The notes below the pieces were generated by a model. It saw nothing but the letters and a program-made list of their open reading frames with translations, searched no databases and had not been told where the DNA came from. Below, piece after piece: positions 49,419 to 59,980 of a DNA stretch of 64,000 nt. Position 1 is the stretch's first letter. Every line of letters begins with the position of its first letter. This DNA is from Muribaculaceae bacterium (lineage in GTDB: Bacteria; Bacteroidota; Bacteroidia; Bacteroidales; Muribaculaceae). The stretch covers positions 255,064 to 319,063 of the forward strand of contig JAMPAK010000001.1 of the NCBI GenBank assembly GCA_023667285.1. The letters run 5' to 3'. A program made the position numbers and the translations under genes.

Positions 49419-50531
49419 ATGAAACTCCATCTCATCCCTATGATAGCATTGGCGGCATCAGCCCCCGTGTTCCTCTCCTGCAAGTCTGACAAACACACCT
49501 CCGAGGCAGAGGGCGAGGAGACCGTCTCTGTAGCATTGCCTGTGGTTAAAGATGTCGTGCTATACAATGAATATCCCGGCTATCTGACAGCCAATGTCTC
49601 TGTCAACGTCGTGGCTAAAGTCAATGGCCAGATCCTCAGCAAGAATTATGAGAGCGGTGGCAACGTCAAACAGGGACAGTTGCTTTTCAAAATCGACCCC
49701 TCTGTCTACAGCGACCGTGTGGCCCAGGCCCAGGCATCACTCACAACAGCCATAAGCGAACGCGACTACGCCAAGGAACACTATGAGGCTGTCAAGAAGG
49801 CTCTTGAGAGCGATGCAGTCTCCAAGATGGAGGTAGTGCAGGCTGAGAGCGACTATGAGCAGTCTGAGGCTGCCATAAAGACAGCGCGCGCAGCCCTCGA
49901 GACCGCCCAACGTAATCTATCTTACTGCACCGTCATAGCCCCCATTTCCGGCATGATAAGCACCGACAACCTGAGTGCCGGAAACTATGTCACTGGCGAG
50001 TCTCAGCCATACACTCTTGCCACAATCTACGACATCACAAGCGTCACGGCCAATTTCTCTATCGAGGACAGCCGCTATCTCGACCTGCTCAACTCCAAGG
50101 AGGCCAATGACACACTCGACTTCGCCCATGTCCCAATCACCTTCTCTGAGCCGCTTCCCCACTCTTACACCGGCTCCATCTCATACATGGCACCCGATAT
50201 CAAGCAGACCACCGGAACGATGAACGTCCAGTGTAAGATTATGAACCCCTACAGCGAGCTACGCCCCGGCATGTATGTCAAGGTCAGCCTCCCGTATGAC
50301 CGCATCAATCAGGCCATCCTCGTCAACGATGCCTCAATCGGCTCAGACCAGTTGGGCAAGTACCTCTATGTTGTCAACGACTCAAGCGAGGTTGTCTACA
50401 CACCTGTCGAGCTTGGCGAACTCTACAACGACTCGCTGCGCATCGTCACCAAAGGAATAGGACCGCACGACCGCTATGTCACAAAAGCCCTCCTCAAAGT
50501 GAGAAACGGAATGAAAGTCAAAACCAACTAG
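49419..50531 (+). CDS. RND efflux periplasmic adaptor (lipoprotein)
   Basis: Lipobox FLSC, GQLLFKIDP, APISGMIS, LRPGMY. Confidence 0.93.
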   Translation: MKLHLIPMIALAASAPVFLSCKSDKHTSEAEGEETVSVALPVVKDVVLYNEYPGYLTANVSVNVVAKVNGQILSKNYESGGNVKQGQLLFKIDPSVYSDRVAQAQASLTTAISERDYAKEHYEAVKKALESDAVSKMEVVQAESDYEQSEAAIKTARAALETAQRNLSYCTVIAPISGMISTDNLSAGNYVTGESQPYTLATIYDITSVTANFSIEDSRYLDLLNSKEANDTLDFAHVPITFSEPLPHSYTGSISYMAPDIKQTTGTMNVQCKIMNPYSELRPGMYVKVSLPYDRINQAILVNDASIGSDQLGKYLYVVNDSSEVVYTPVELGELYNDSLRIVTKGIGPHDRYVTKALLKVRNGMKVKTN

Positions 50532-50546
50532 TCCTCCACATCCGCC

Positions 50547-53500
50547 ATGTTGTCAAAATTCTTCATAGACCGTCCCATCTTTGCCACCGTGCTGGCCATC
50601 ATCATGGTGCTTGTGGGCATTGTCACGGTCAAGACCCTTCCCGTAGCTCAATATCCCGACATCACGCCTCCCACCGTAATGGTCAGCGCTTCATATCCGG
50701 GCGCCGATGCTGAGACGGTGGCTAAAGTCGTAGGCGAACCGATCGAGGAGCAGGTCAACGGAGTCGAGGGAATGATGTATATGAGTTCAAACTCCTCTGA
50801 TGGCAGTTACAGCCTCACCGTCACTTTCGAGAACGGAACGGATCTCGACGAGGCCGCAGTGAAGGTCCAGAACCGAATCTCGCTGGCCGAGTCAACTCTC
50901 CCCTCAGCCGTAAAGCAGCAGGGCATATCTGTGATGACCGAGTCATCTAACATCGTGCTGTTCATTGCTCTTGAGACAGATGACCCTGAGCGTTACTCTG
51001 CGCTCTATCTGACAAACTACGCCAAACTCAACATCATCGACGAGCTCTCACGCATCGACGGTGTGGGTGGTGCAGGTGCCTTTGGCGCCGGTGAATACAG
51101 CATGCGCATATGGCTCGACCCCGGCAAGATGCAGGTGCGCGGACTCACCCCGGCCGATGTCATGGACATGGTCCAGTCGCAGAACCTTGAGGTCTCTGCC
51201 GGAAGTGTCGGCACTCCGCCCGTTCCCACTGACGTCGACTTCCAGTTCACCCTCACAGCCCACGGCCAGCTGACCACCCCTGAGGAGTTCGGTGCCATCA
51301 TCCTCCGCACTGAGAGCGACGGCTCTATCCTCCATCTGCGCGACATAGCCACAGTCGAGCTTGGCAGCAGCAGTTACTCCACTGTCGCCCATGTCTCAGG
51401 CGAGAATGCCGGACTGATTGGCATCCAGCAGCTCCCGGGTGCAAATGCCCTCGACGTTGTCAAAAGATGCAAGGCCAAACTGGATGAACTCTCAGAGTAT
51501 TTCCCCGAAGGAGTACACTATCGTGTCATCCTCGACACTACCGACTTTGTCAACGCCTCAATCGACGAGGTGCTTGTAACCTTCGTTGAGACCACTCTGA
51601 TTGTGATGATTGTCATCCTCATCTTCCTTCAGAGCTGGAGAGCCGTGATCATCCCCATGATAGCGATTCCCGTCTCCCTCATCGCCACCTTCGCTGTGAT
51701 GAAACTGCTGGGGTTCTCGCTCAACACCCTCACCCTCTTCGGTCTGGTGCTGGCCATTGCGATTGTTGTCGATGATGCCATTGTGGTTGTGGAGGACTGC
51801 GCCCGACTGGTGCAGGAGGGCAAACTCTCTCCTCGCCAGAGCGCTGAGAAGGCCATGCAGGAACTCCAGGGCCCTGTCATTGGTGAAGTCCTCGTGCTGC
51901 TCTCCGTATTCATCCCCACTGCCTTCATCAGCGGAATCACCGGTGAGCTCTATAAGCAGTTTGCCCTCACTATCGCCACGTCCGTAGCCTTCTCAGGCTT
52001 CAACGCCTTGACCTTCACCCCGGCCATGTGCGCCCTATTCCTCAAGAAAAAGGAGTCTGCCGAACCTCGTTTCTTTATCTACCGTTGGTTCAACAAGGGC
52101 TATAATGCCGTCCTCGGCCGATATGGAAAGATGATTGGGTCTCTCCTCAAACATCCATGGATGGCCATAGGAATATATGCCGTGCTATGTCTCGCAGCAT
52201 TTTGGGGCTTCACCAAGTGGCCCACAAGTTACATTCCCGAGGAGGACCAGGGCTATTTCATGACCTCGGTCCAGCTCCCCACAGGTGCCACAGTGACCCG
52301 CACTGACTCCATAATGACACACCTCTCATCAGAGGTGCTGAAACTCCCGGAGGTGAAGGATGTCATCTCCATTGCCGGACAGTCAATGATGGGTGGCGGC
52401 TCCGGCGGCAACATGGGTTCGCTTTTTGTCGTGCTGAAACCCTGGAGCGAGCGCAAGGGCAAAGCTGAGAGTGTCAACGGAGTCATAGCGAAGGTCAACG
52501 AGATTTCCTCAAGCCTTCAGGAACCTATAGTCTTCTCTGTCAATCCTCCTGCCATCCCCGGTCTAGGCATGACCTCCGGACTTCAGATGGAGATTCTTGA
52601 CATCAATAATCTTGGGGCCGATGCCCTCGCCGACGCTATCGAGACCATGAAGGAGAAGGCTGCTAAAGATGGACGCATTGCCGAGATCAACACCCAGTTC
52701 CAGGGATCCGTCCCACAATACACCGTCCAGGTAGACCGTGAGCGCGCCAAGATGCTCGGACTGCTCATAGAGGACATCTATGCCACACTCTCGCGCTTCA
52801 TGGGAAGCAGTTATGTGAACGACTTCGTTCTATTCGGGCGCACATATCAGGTAACCATTAGTGCCGACGCAGCCTCAAGAGCTACGATTGAGCAGATACC
52901 CTCGCTCAATGTCCGCAACACGAGCGGCGAGATGGTACCCTTCGCAGCGTTTGCCAAGGTTGAGCCAACCCAAGGGCAGGCAACCGTGAGCCGCTACAAC
53001 ATGTACACCACCGCCTCCGTCACAGGTACTCCCGCCAAGGGAACATCGAGCCATCAGGGCATCGAGGCCATGGAGGAGCTCCTCAAGGAGGCTGTGGGCG
53101 AGAACTTCTCATATGCATGGACCGGCGTAGCCTATCAGGAGACCCAGGCAGGCACGACAATCACAACCGTGCTGCTCTTTGCAGTCATCATCACCCTTCT
53201 AGTGCTTGCCGCCCAGTATGAGAGCTGGACAGACCCCATCGCTGTCATCATCTCTATGCCCACAGCGATTCTAGGCACCATCATTGGTTGCTTCTTCATG
53301 TCACAGTCCATATCTATCTACACCCAGATAGGCATCATCCTTCTGCTCGGACTCTCAGCCAAGAATGCAATCCTCATTGTCGAGTATGCAATAGATTTCC
53401 GCAAAGCGGGCAACGACATACGCCAGGCCGCACAGGATGCCGGAACAATCCGCTTCCGCCCCATCATGATGACGGCACTCGCCTTTGTCTTCGGTGTTAT

Positions 53501-53744
53501 GCCCATGCTCTTCGCCACCGGCGCCGGCGCCGCATCTCGTGTGGCCCTCGGAACAGCCGTAGTCTTCGGTATGGCCATAAATGCCATTGTCGGCACACTC
53601 TTTGTCCCCGGATTCTGGGAACTTCTGCAGAACTTCCAGGAGAAGTATCTCTCCAAGCTCTTCGCCTCTGCCGACAAAGCCGCCACCCCCTCTCCTGACG
53701 ACAAACCGCAGGACTCTACATCAGGAAACAAAGAATCTGTTTAA
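50547..53744 (+). CDS. RND efflux permease (HAE1 family)
   Basis: [44 protein letters not shown]. Confidence 0.96.
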   Translation: MLSKFFIDRPIFATVLAIIMVLVGIVTVKTLPVAQYPDITPPTVMVSASYPGADAETVAKVVGEPIEEQVNGVEGMMYMSSNSSDGSYSLTVTFENGTDLDEAAVKVQNRISLAESTLPSAVKQQGISVMTESSNIVLFIALETDDPERYSALYLTNYAKLNIIDELSRIDGVGGAGAFGAGEYSMRIWLDPGKMQVRGLTPADVMDMVQSQNLEVSAGSVGTPPVPTDVDFQFTLTAHGQLTTPEEFGAIILRTESDGSILHLRDIATVELGSSSYSTVAHVSGENAGLIGIQQLPGANALDVVKRCKAKLDELSEYFPEGVHYRVILDTTDFVNASIDEVLVTFVETTLIVMIVILIFLQSWRAVIIPMIAIPVSLIATFAVMKLLGFSLNTLTLFGLVLAIAIVVDDAIVVVEDCARLVQEGKLSPRQSAEKAMQELQGPVIGEVLVLLSVFIPTAFISGITGELYKQFALTIATSVAFSGFNALTFTPAMCALFLKKKESAEPRFFIYRWFNKGYNAVLGRYGKMIGSLLKHPWMAIGIYAVLCLAAFWGFTKWPTSYIPEEDQGYFMTSVQLPTGATVTRTDSIMTHLSSEVLKLPEVKDVISIAGQSMMGGGSGGNMGSLFVVLKPWSERKGKAESVNGVIAKVNEISSSLQEPIVFSVNPPAIPGLGMTSGLQMEILDINNLGADALADAIETMKEKAAKDGRIAEINTQFQGSVPQYTVQVDRERAKMLGLLIEDIYATLSRFMGSSYVNDFVLFGRTYQVTISADAASRATIEQIPSLNVRNTSGEMVPFAAFAKVEPTQGQATVSRYNMYTTASVTGTPAKGTSSHQGIEAMEELLKEAVGENFSYAWTGVAYQETQAGTTITTVLLFAVIITLLVLAAQYESWTDPIAVIISMPTAILGTIIGCFFMSQSISIYTQIGIILLLGLSAKNAILIVEYAIDFRKAGNDIRQAAQDAGTIRFRPIMMTALAFVFGVMPMLFATGAGAASRVALGTAVVFGMAINAIVGTLFVPGFWELLQNFQEKYLSKLFASADKAATPSPDDKPQDSTSGNKESV

Positions 53745-53766
53745 ACCTCACAAAATAATCACCCCC

Positions 53767-53811
53767 TGTGGCCCGTTGGCTGAATATATAACCCTCAGCC
53801 ATCGGGCCACA
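53767..53811. other. 17-bp stem-loop (one mismatch) between the RND permease and NUDIX genes
   Basis: TGTGGCCCGTTGGCTGA-N11-TCAGCCATCGGGCCACA, with no U tract. Confidence 0.7.
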
Positions 53812-53818
53812 ATTACTT

Positions 53819-54316
53819 ATGAAAGATAACTCCAACGAACTCCTCCCCATTGTCGATGAGAACGGCTGTCCCATAGGCACAGCCACCAGAGGTGAGTGTC
53901 ATTCGGGCACCACCAAACTTCTTCATCCTGTCGTCCACCTCCATCTCTTCGACTCAGATGGCAGGCTCTACCTCCAGCGACGCCCTGATTGGAAAGATAT
54001 TCAGCCCGGCCGATGGGACACGGCTGTAGGTGGCCACGTCGACCCAGGCGAGACCATTGAGGAGGCTCTCAGGCGTGAGGCTCGCGAGGAACTGGGTCTC
54101 ACCTCCTTTTCCCCTGAGTTTCTTGACAGATACATCTTTGAGTCAGACCGCGAGCGTGAACTGATCCATGCCTTCAAAGCCGTCGCAGACGGCCCTGTCA
54201 ACCCCTCGGCCGAGACAGACGGAGGCCGCTTTTGGCAGAAGAAGGAAATCATAGCCTCGCTCGGCAAGGACATCTTCACACCCAACTTCGAGCAGGAATT
54301 CCTCCGGCTATTCTAA
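53819..54316 (+). CDS. NUDIX hydrolase (IPP-isomerase-like fold)
   Basis: IVDENG, LHPVVHLHLF, GGHVDPGETIEEALRREAREELG Nudix box. Confidence 0.9.
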   Translation: MKDNSNELLPIVDENGCPIGTATRGECHSGTTKLLHPVVHLHLFDSDGRLYLQRRPDWKDIQPGRWDTAVGGHVDPGETIEEALRREAREELGLTSFSPEFLDRYIFESDRERELIHAFKAVADGPVNPSAETDGGRFWQKKEIIASLGKDIFTPNFEQEFLRLF

Positions 54317-54322
54317 TAGATA

Positions 54323-54362
54323 CAGCAGGGGCGACAAGATTTTGATTCTGTCGTCCCTGCTG
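54323..54362. terminator. Probable bidirectional terminator between convergent NUDIX and rpoZ
   Basis: CAGCAGGGGCGACA...TGTCGTCCCTGCTG, a 14-bp stem with one G-U pair. Confidence 0.65.
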
Positions 54363-54385
54363 ATATTTTGCCCTTTCTGATTCTC

Positions 54386-54718
54386 TTATTCCTCCATTGC
54401 GTCCTTTGTCGGGTTGCGGAAATGGATCTTGTGCTCAAGATACTCCTGTGTGGCGATGAGTGTAGGTTTCGGAAGACGCTCGTAGAAGCGCGAAATCTCT
54501 ATCTGCTCACGGTTCTCCGACACTTCCTCAAGGTTGTCGTTGAGCGAAGCAAACTCCTGGAGTTTCTTCTCGAGGTCATGTTTCATCTCGCCTGCTATCT
54601 GGTTGGCTCGCTTGGCAATGATGCATACAGTCTCATAGACGTTGCCTGTGTCCTCGCTCATAGAGATGAGGTCACGTGTCTGTGTGTTGAGAGGGGCGTT
54701 TGTCTTTTTGTAGTCCAT
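54386..54718 (-). CDS. rpoZ: RNA polymerase omega subunit (Bacteroidetes type)
   Basis: NVYETVCIIAKRANQI, NREQIEISRFYERLPKPTLIA. Sits downstream of bamD, the usual Bacteroidetes order. Confidence 0.88.
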   Translation of the reverse strand: MDYKKTNAPLNTQTRDLISMSEDTGNVYETVCIIAKRANQIAGEMKHDLEKKLQEFASLNDNLEEVSENREQIEISRFYERLPKPTLIATQEYLEHKIHFRNPTKDAMEE

Positions 54719-54749
54719 GTATTTGGTGATGATAGTTTTTTCTTATTCT

Positions 54750-55559
54750 TTAATTTGATGCATACCGGCTCGCTATCGCAAAGATATTGTCGGCCTCCTT
54801 GCGGTTGGGGGTGTCCGGATAGTTGTTGATGAACGAGTAATATTCATCAATCACCTCTGCATAGCGGTCGGCCTTCTTCTCCTCCACACTCTCGCGGGCC
54901 TCCTGATAGCGGGCCTTAAGGATGAGGAGCTCAAGATCTTCCTTATATTTTGAATATGGATAGTCTTTTATGGCGTTTCGGGCCACGATGATGGCGCTCT
55001 CATAATTGTTGCCGCGATATGTGCCGAGGTTGTAATACAACTGCGCATTCTCAAGTTGCTTGAGCGTAAGTTTATCCTGGAGCTCAAAGATGGCGTTCTG
55101 CGCTATCGACACTTTATCGCTGCGGGGGAAGAAGTCCAGAAAAGCCTGAAGCTCCTCTATGGCCTTGATGGTTCCGGTCTGGTCAAGCTGCGGGTCGGGC
55201 GAGTCCAGATAGTAGCCATAACCGGCATAATAGCGAGCCAACTCCGTATATTTCCCCTTAGGATAGCGCGTATAGTAGTTTTTAAAATATGTCCCCGAGG
55301 TCTCATAGTCCTTGTTCTCGAAATATGAGAGTGCCATGAGATAGAGGGCATCCTCAGCCTTCTCATTGCCGCGGAAAGCAGTGGGGACATTCTCCAGTGC
55401 CGTGGCAGCCTGGGTATATTTCTTCTCCTCAAAGGCGCGCTTTGCATACTCCAGACGATAGTCAGGGTCTGTGCTTTTAAGCACTCTCTGATACTCGCCA
55501 CAGGAGGTCATTGCCAAGGCGGCCAGCAGAATCATGATGATATGGCGCATTATTCCCAT
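54750..55559 (-). CDS. bamD: Outer-membrane protein assembly factor BamD (lipoprotein)
   Basis: Lipobox MTSC-GEY, TPR repeats, LDQTGTIKAI, YPYSKYKE. Confidence 0.9.
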   Translation of the reverse strand: MGIMRHIIMILLAALAMTSCGEYQRVLKSTDPDYRLEYAKRAFEEKKYTQAATALENVPTAFRGNEKAEDALYLMALSYFENKDYETSGTYFKNYYTRYPKGKYTELARYYAGYGYYLDSPDPQLDQTGTIKAIEELQAFLDFFPRSDKVSIAQNAIFELQDKLTLKQLENAQLYYNLGTYRGNNYESAIIVARNAIKDYPYSKYKEDLELLILKARYQEARESVEEKKADRYAEVIDEYYSFINNYPDTPNRKEADNIFAIASRYASN

Positions 55560-55582
55560 GGATGGATTGACATTTCAAACTG

Positions 55583-55651
55583 CAAAATTAGAAATTTCTC
55601 GCGAAAAAAACAACTCACATTTCCTCTTTTGTGTAAATTGTGTTAATTTTG
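55583..55651. promoter_or_regulatory. Back-to-back divergent -7 elements: TAATTTTG on minus (55583-55590, bamD) and TAATTTTG on plus (55644-55651, GHL10 gene)
   Basis: Two exact TAnnTTTG matches in a 108-bp intergenic region. Confidence 0.65.
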
Positions 55652-55667
55652 CACCAAAACTAACGCT

Positions 55668-57173
55668 ATGGACATTCTTCGCGTCATTTGTATTGTCCTT
55701 ATCACAGCCTTATCATTGCCATGCGTCCAGTCATCCCCCAAGCGTGAGATGCGCGGTGTATGGGTCGCCACTGTGTGGGGACTGGACTGGCCCTCAGTCC
55801 AGGGCACTGACGACTCTACCGTCAAGCGCCAGAAAGAAGAATTGACCTCCCTATTAGACAGTTTCAAAGCCCTCAACCTTACCACTGTTTGCCTGCAGGT
55901 GCGCCCCATGGGCGATGTCCTCTACAAATCGAGCCTCGAGCCGTGGAGCAGTTTTCTCACCGGGCACCGAGGCGAGGATCCCGGATGGGACCCGCTCGAA
56001 TTTGCGGTAGATGAGTGTCACCGACGCGGACTCGAACTATACGCCTGGGTCAATCCCTTCCGCTGGTCCACCGGAACCGACTACAATACTGACATTGACC
56101 GCCGATGGAAACGGAACGGTTGGCTCCTCTCCCACGGGAAATATACTGTCTTCAACCCCGGAATCGAACAGGTCAGAGCCCACATAGTCGACATCTGTCA
56201 TGAGATTGTAGACGGCTATGATGTCGACGGGCTTGTGTTCGATGACTATTTCTACCCCAACCGCATCCCTGCAGACAAAAGCGCCCCTGACTATCACCTC
56301 TATCAAGCCGAGGCTCCATGGATGGACTTTGCCGATTGGCGACGGGCATGCATACACAAGGTGGTAGCCGATGTCAAGGCCATGATTGCAGACACACGCC
56401 CCGGCTGCCGCTTTGGGATATCTCCTGCCGGAGTGGCCGGAAAAAGGACCTCCTCCGCTGACAAGTGGGGCATGGAACCGTGCAGAGTACGCGCCGCCGA
56501 CTGGCAATACAATGAGATCTTCTCAGACCCTATAGGGATGATGTATCAAGGCACCATAGACTTCGTCTCTCCTCAAATATATTGGCCCACTACACACTCC
56601 TCAGCCCCGTTCACCCCACTGGCCAAATGGTGGGCCGCCACAGCATGCCACTTCGGGACACATCTCTATTCGAGCATCACCCTCGAGCGTATTGACAAAG
56701 GAAATATCCAAGAGAACATTCGCGACACCGCCCGGCAGATTGACGCTCACCGAGCCGTGAGCTTTGATGGCAAAGGAGGGGTCATGATCTACAGTTCACG
56801 TTTCCTCCCCAAAGTCTCCGGTGTCCTCTCAAGCAGGTTTGAGACTCCCTGTCTTCCACCCGTCTCAGGCCCGGAGTCTGAAGACCGTCCGTCCGCCCCC
56901 GTGAAACTACGTCTTAAAGATGGCAAATTGAAATGGGAGGAGACCGAGGGGGAGCCGGGCGAGATTGTCAGATATACTGTCTATGCACTCCCCCCGGAAG
57001 TCAGCAAGGAGGAAGCCTCTGATCCTGACGGCGACGGCATTGATGTCCGCTATCTCCTTGGAGTCACCTACGTTCCTGAATATGAGGTGGCTCGGCGAGG
57101 CGACGGATGGCGCTATGCCGTCTGTGCATACACTCCTCAGTCAGCCGAAGGCACTCCGGCATGGCTGGAATGA
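55668..57173 (+). CDS. GHL10 (DUF187, YddW/DigH-like) glycosyl hydrolase, exported
   Basis: EMRGVWVATVWGLDWP, LQVRP, WDPLEFAVDECHRRG, YAWVNPFR, DGLVFDDYFY, FGISPAG, PQIYW. Confidence 0.9.
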   Translation: MDILRVICIVLITALSLPCVQSSPKREMRGVWVATVWGLDWPSVQGTDDSTVKRQKEELTSLLDSFKALNLTTVCLQVRPMGDVLYKSSLEPWSSFLTGHRGEDPGWDPLEFAVDECHRRGLELYAWVNPFRWSTGTDYNTDIDRRWKRNGWLLSHGKYTVFNPGIEQVRAHIVDICHEIVDGYDVDGLVFDDYFYPNRIPADKSAPDYHLYQAEAPWMDFADWRRACIHKVVADVKAMIADTRPGCRFGISPAGVAGKRTSSADKWGMEPCRVRAADWQYNEIFSDPIGMMYQGTIDFVSPQIYWPTTHSSAPFTPLAKWWAATACHFGTHLYSSITLERIDKGNIQENIRDTARQIDAHRAVSFDGKGGVMIYSSRFLPKVSGVLSSRFETPCLPPVSGPESEDRPSAPVKLRLKDGKLKWEETEGEPGEIVRYTVYALPPEVSKEEASDPDGDGIDVRYLLGVTYVPEYEVARRGDGWRYAVCAYTPQSAEGTPAWLE

Positions 57174-57389
57174 CTCCCTCTCCACCTCCCCGATTCTCCC
57201 GGAGCGCTCAGTATCTTGCCTGACATAGAAACGGATCATGGCATAGACCATACACTGCACCGGTGTGAGCGTTTTCTCAGGGCTTTCTCCCAGGATTAGA
57301 TCCATGCTGAGAGCGCGGCTGATGGGACCGCGGTCTTCTGCCGGAAGTGAATTGATGGTATTTACAACGCGGGGACTGATTACGAACAT
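57141..57389 (-). CDS. Small hypothetical protein, DUF6291-like helical domain
   Basis: Has its own TAAATTTG promoter element 29 nt upstream. Its pattern LPAEDRGPISRAL...GESP...PVQCMVYAMIRFYVRQDTER resembles my recollection of DUF6291. Confidence 0.6.
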   Translation of the reverse strand: MFVISPRVVNTINSLPAEDRGPISRALSMDLILGESPEKTLTPVQCMVYAMIRFYVRQDTERSGRIGEVERESFQPCRSAFG

Positions 57390-57418
57390 GGCTGATAGTT
57401 GTTTAGGTGATTATGCTG

Positions 57419-57426
57419 CAAATTTA
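57419..57426 (-). promoter_or_regulatory. -7 promoter element TAAATTTG for the 82-aa gene
   Basis: Exact TAnnTTTG upstream of ATG 57389. Confidence 0.6.
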
Positions 57427-57572
57427 TATCGCAACATGGGCAATATTACCACCCATCAATGTTAAACAATCCTGGTCTCATAATTTTATTGATAATGCCA
57501 GAGCACACACCCTCCTGACCATCCAAACAAACTTTCCCCACTCCTTACACCTTATATGTGCTGAAAAATTGC

Positions 57573-57580
57573 TAACTTTG
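57573..57580 (+). promoter_or_regulatory. -7 promoter element TAACTTTG for the lon operon
   Basis: Exact TAnnTTTG 18 nt upstream of ATG 57599. Confidence 0.7.
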
Positions 57581-57598
57581 GGGTCGCAAAATCAGAAT

Positions 57599-59980
57599 AT
57601 GAAAGAAGAAACCAAAATAGTTTCAATAGGGCAATTTGAAATCGCTCGCCCGACAAAGCCTCAAGAGCCTGATATGGCTGATCTTCCGGTCATTCCCATG
57701 AGAGATCTCGTGCTGTTTCCAGGAATAACCTTCCCCATCACGCTCGGCAGGGAGTCTACTGTCCACACCGCCTCAGTCGCGTCTGAGAAAGGAATCCCAG
57801 TGGGCATCTTCTGCCAGACTGATCCCTCTGAGGACAACCCAACCGCCGAGTCTCTTCACAAGTATGGAGTCGTGGCAGATGTCATCAAGACCCTCGAACT
57901 CCCTGACGGCACCAAGACAGCCATCCTCTCAGCCCGCGGCAAAGTAGCCATCACCGGGCCTGGCGCCGGCAAGACCATTCCCGGAGCCATCAGCGTCTCT
58001 GTCCGCTCCATCAAGGAGTCAACACCCCGCCCCACCGACAAGGAATTTGCCGTCATGGCAACCGAGATACGGGATATCACCATGAACATCCTCCAGAAGG
58101 AGCAGGACAAGGTGCCTGATCTGATGTTCAATATTGAGAACATCCCCTCTCCCGTCATGCTGGTCAATCTCATTGCCACACACTCCGCCTTCAGCGTCAG
58201 TGACAAGATCGAGATGCTCAAAAAGCCCCGCATCAAGGACAGAGCCATGTATCTCCTATCGCTCCTCGCCCAGAACGAGCAGATGGCCGAGCTCAAGGCT
58301 GAGATCCAGCGCAAGACACGCCGCAACATCGATGAGCAGCAGCGCAACATGCTCCTTCATCAACAGTTTGAGACCCTGCGCGACGAACTCTTTGGCGATG
58401 AAGATGACTGCGCCACATTCCAGGCAAAGGCAAAGGAGGTTGATTTTCCCGAAGATGTGAGGAAGCGTTTTGACAAGGAGGTGGAGAAACTGCGCCGTCT
58501 GAATCCTCAGTCGCCTGACTACTCTGTCCAGTACTCATATCTTCAGACCCTTATCGACCTTCCGTGGGGCAAAGAGGCAAGCCTCAACTGCGACTTCCTC
58601 AAGGCTGAGGAGATCCTGAACTCCGAGCATTACGGACTTGAGAAGGTCAAGGAACGCATTCTCGAGCAGCTTGCCGTCATGATGAACAATCCCTCAGGCC
58701 GCTCACCCATCATCTGTCTCGTGGGAGCACCCGGTGTGGGCAAGACCTCGCTCGGTCAGTCTATAGCCCGTTCACTGGGACGTCCCTATCAGCGTGTGTC
58801 TCTCGGCGGTCTACACGATGAAGCGGAGATAAGAGGACACAGACGCACATATATCGGAGCGATGCCAGGCCGTATCATAGACGCCATTCGCAGGGCCGGT
58901 GCCTCAAACCCCGTGCTGCTGCTCGATGAGATAGACAAGACCGGCAACGACTATAAGGGCGACCCATCCTCAGCGCTCCTCGAGGTGCTGGACCCTGAGC
59001 AGAACTCACACTTCCACGACAATTATGTGGATCTTGACTACGACCTCTCGCATGTCCTCTTCATAGCCACCGCCAACACCCTCTCCACAATCCCCCAACC
59101 TCTGCTTGACCGCATGGAGATTATCGACATCTCCGGCTATCTCCTAGAGGAGAAAGTCGAGATTGCAAGGCGCCACCTCATCCCGCGTGTCTCTGTCGAG
59201 AATGGATTTGACCCTGATTACTTCGATTTCACCCCTGAGACCATCACACGAATAGTGGAGGGCTATACATCAGAGAGCGGTGTGCGCCAGCTTGAGAAGA
59301 ATATTGCAAAAGTAGCGCGTCAAGTCATCCTGCGCAAGATGCGAGGCGAGAAGACATCAGCCACAATCACTCCTGACAGACTCAGGGACTACCTTGGAGT
59401 GGAGCGCTACACCCCTGAGCGATATGAGGTGACAGACATCCCCGGTGTCGCTGTGGGCTTGGCGTGGACCTCCGTGGGCGGCGAGATTCTGTTCATAGAG
59501 AGCGCATTCACACCCGGCAAGGGGGAGAAACTCACCCTCACCGGAAACCTTGGAGATGTCATGAAGGAGTCTGCGGTCATAGCCGCCCAGGTCGTGAAAT
59601 CACGCTCAAGCCGCTATGGAGTCGAGCCTGAATGGTTTGACACCCACACACTCCACATTCATGTCCCTGAGGGCGCCATCCCTAAGGACGGCCCCTCTGC
59701 CGGAATCACCATGTGCACATCAATCCTCTCCTCCCTCACCGGAAGGCCTCTGAAGGAGCGCCTGGCCATGACGGGCGAGATTACCCTGCGCGGCAAGGTG
59801 CTTCCCGTAGGCGGCATCAAGGAGAAGATTCTTGCAGCCAAACGAGCCGGAATCACAGAGATAATCCTATGTGCCGACAATCGCAAGGACATCGAGGAAA
59901 TCCGTCCGGTCTATCTTGAGGGTGTCGAGTTCCACTATGTACGCACCATTGATGAAGTTTTTGAAATAGCATTGAAATGA
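57599..59980 (+). CDS. lon: ATP-dependent protease La (Lon)
   Basis: N-domain [14 protein letters not shown], Walker [17 protein letters not shown], catalytic KDGPSAG, GGIKEK. Start reassigned to ATG 57599. Confidence 0.97.
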   Translation: MKEETKIVSIGQFEIARPTKPQEPDMADLPVIPMRDLVLFPGITFPITLGRESTVHTASVASEKGIPVGIFCQTDPSEDNPTAESLHKYGVVADVIKTLELPDGTKTAILSARGKVAITGPGAGKTIPGAISVSVRSIKESTPRPTDKEFAVMATEIRDITMNILQKEQDKVPDLMFNIENIPSPVMLVNLIATHSAFSVSDKIEMLKKPRIKDRAMYLLSLLAQNEQMAELKAEIQRKTRRNIDEQQRNMLLHQQFETLRDELFGDEDDCATFQAKAKEVDFPEDVRKRFDKEVEKLRRLNPQSPDYSVQYSYLQTLIDLPWGKEASLNCDFLKAEEILNSEHYGLEKVKERILEQLAVMMNNPSGRSPIICLVGAPGVGKTSLGQSIARSLGRPYQRVSLGGLHDEAEIRGHRRTYIGAMPGRIIDAIRRAGASNPVLLLDEIDKTGNDYKGDPSSALLEVLDPEQNSHFHDNYVDLDYDLSHVLFIATANTLSTIPQPLLDRMEIIDISGYLLEEKVEIARRHLIPRVSVENGFDPDYFDFTPETITRIVEGYTSESGVRQLEKNIAKVARQVILRKMRGEKTSATITPDRLRDYLGVERYTPERYEVTDIPGVAVGLAWTSVGGEILFIESAFTPGKGEKLTLTGNLGDVMKESAVIAAQVVKSRSSRYGVEPEWFDTHTLHIHVPEGAIPKDGPSAGITMCTSILSSLTGRPLKERLAMTGEITLRGKVLPVGGIKEKILAAKRAGITEIILCADNRKDIEEIRPVYLEGVEFHYVRTIDEVFEIALK

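Noticed and set aside
57426-57599. CIRCE or other heat-shock element upstream of lon
   Set aside because: There is no TTAGCACTC-N9-GAGTGCTAA or similar dyad.
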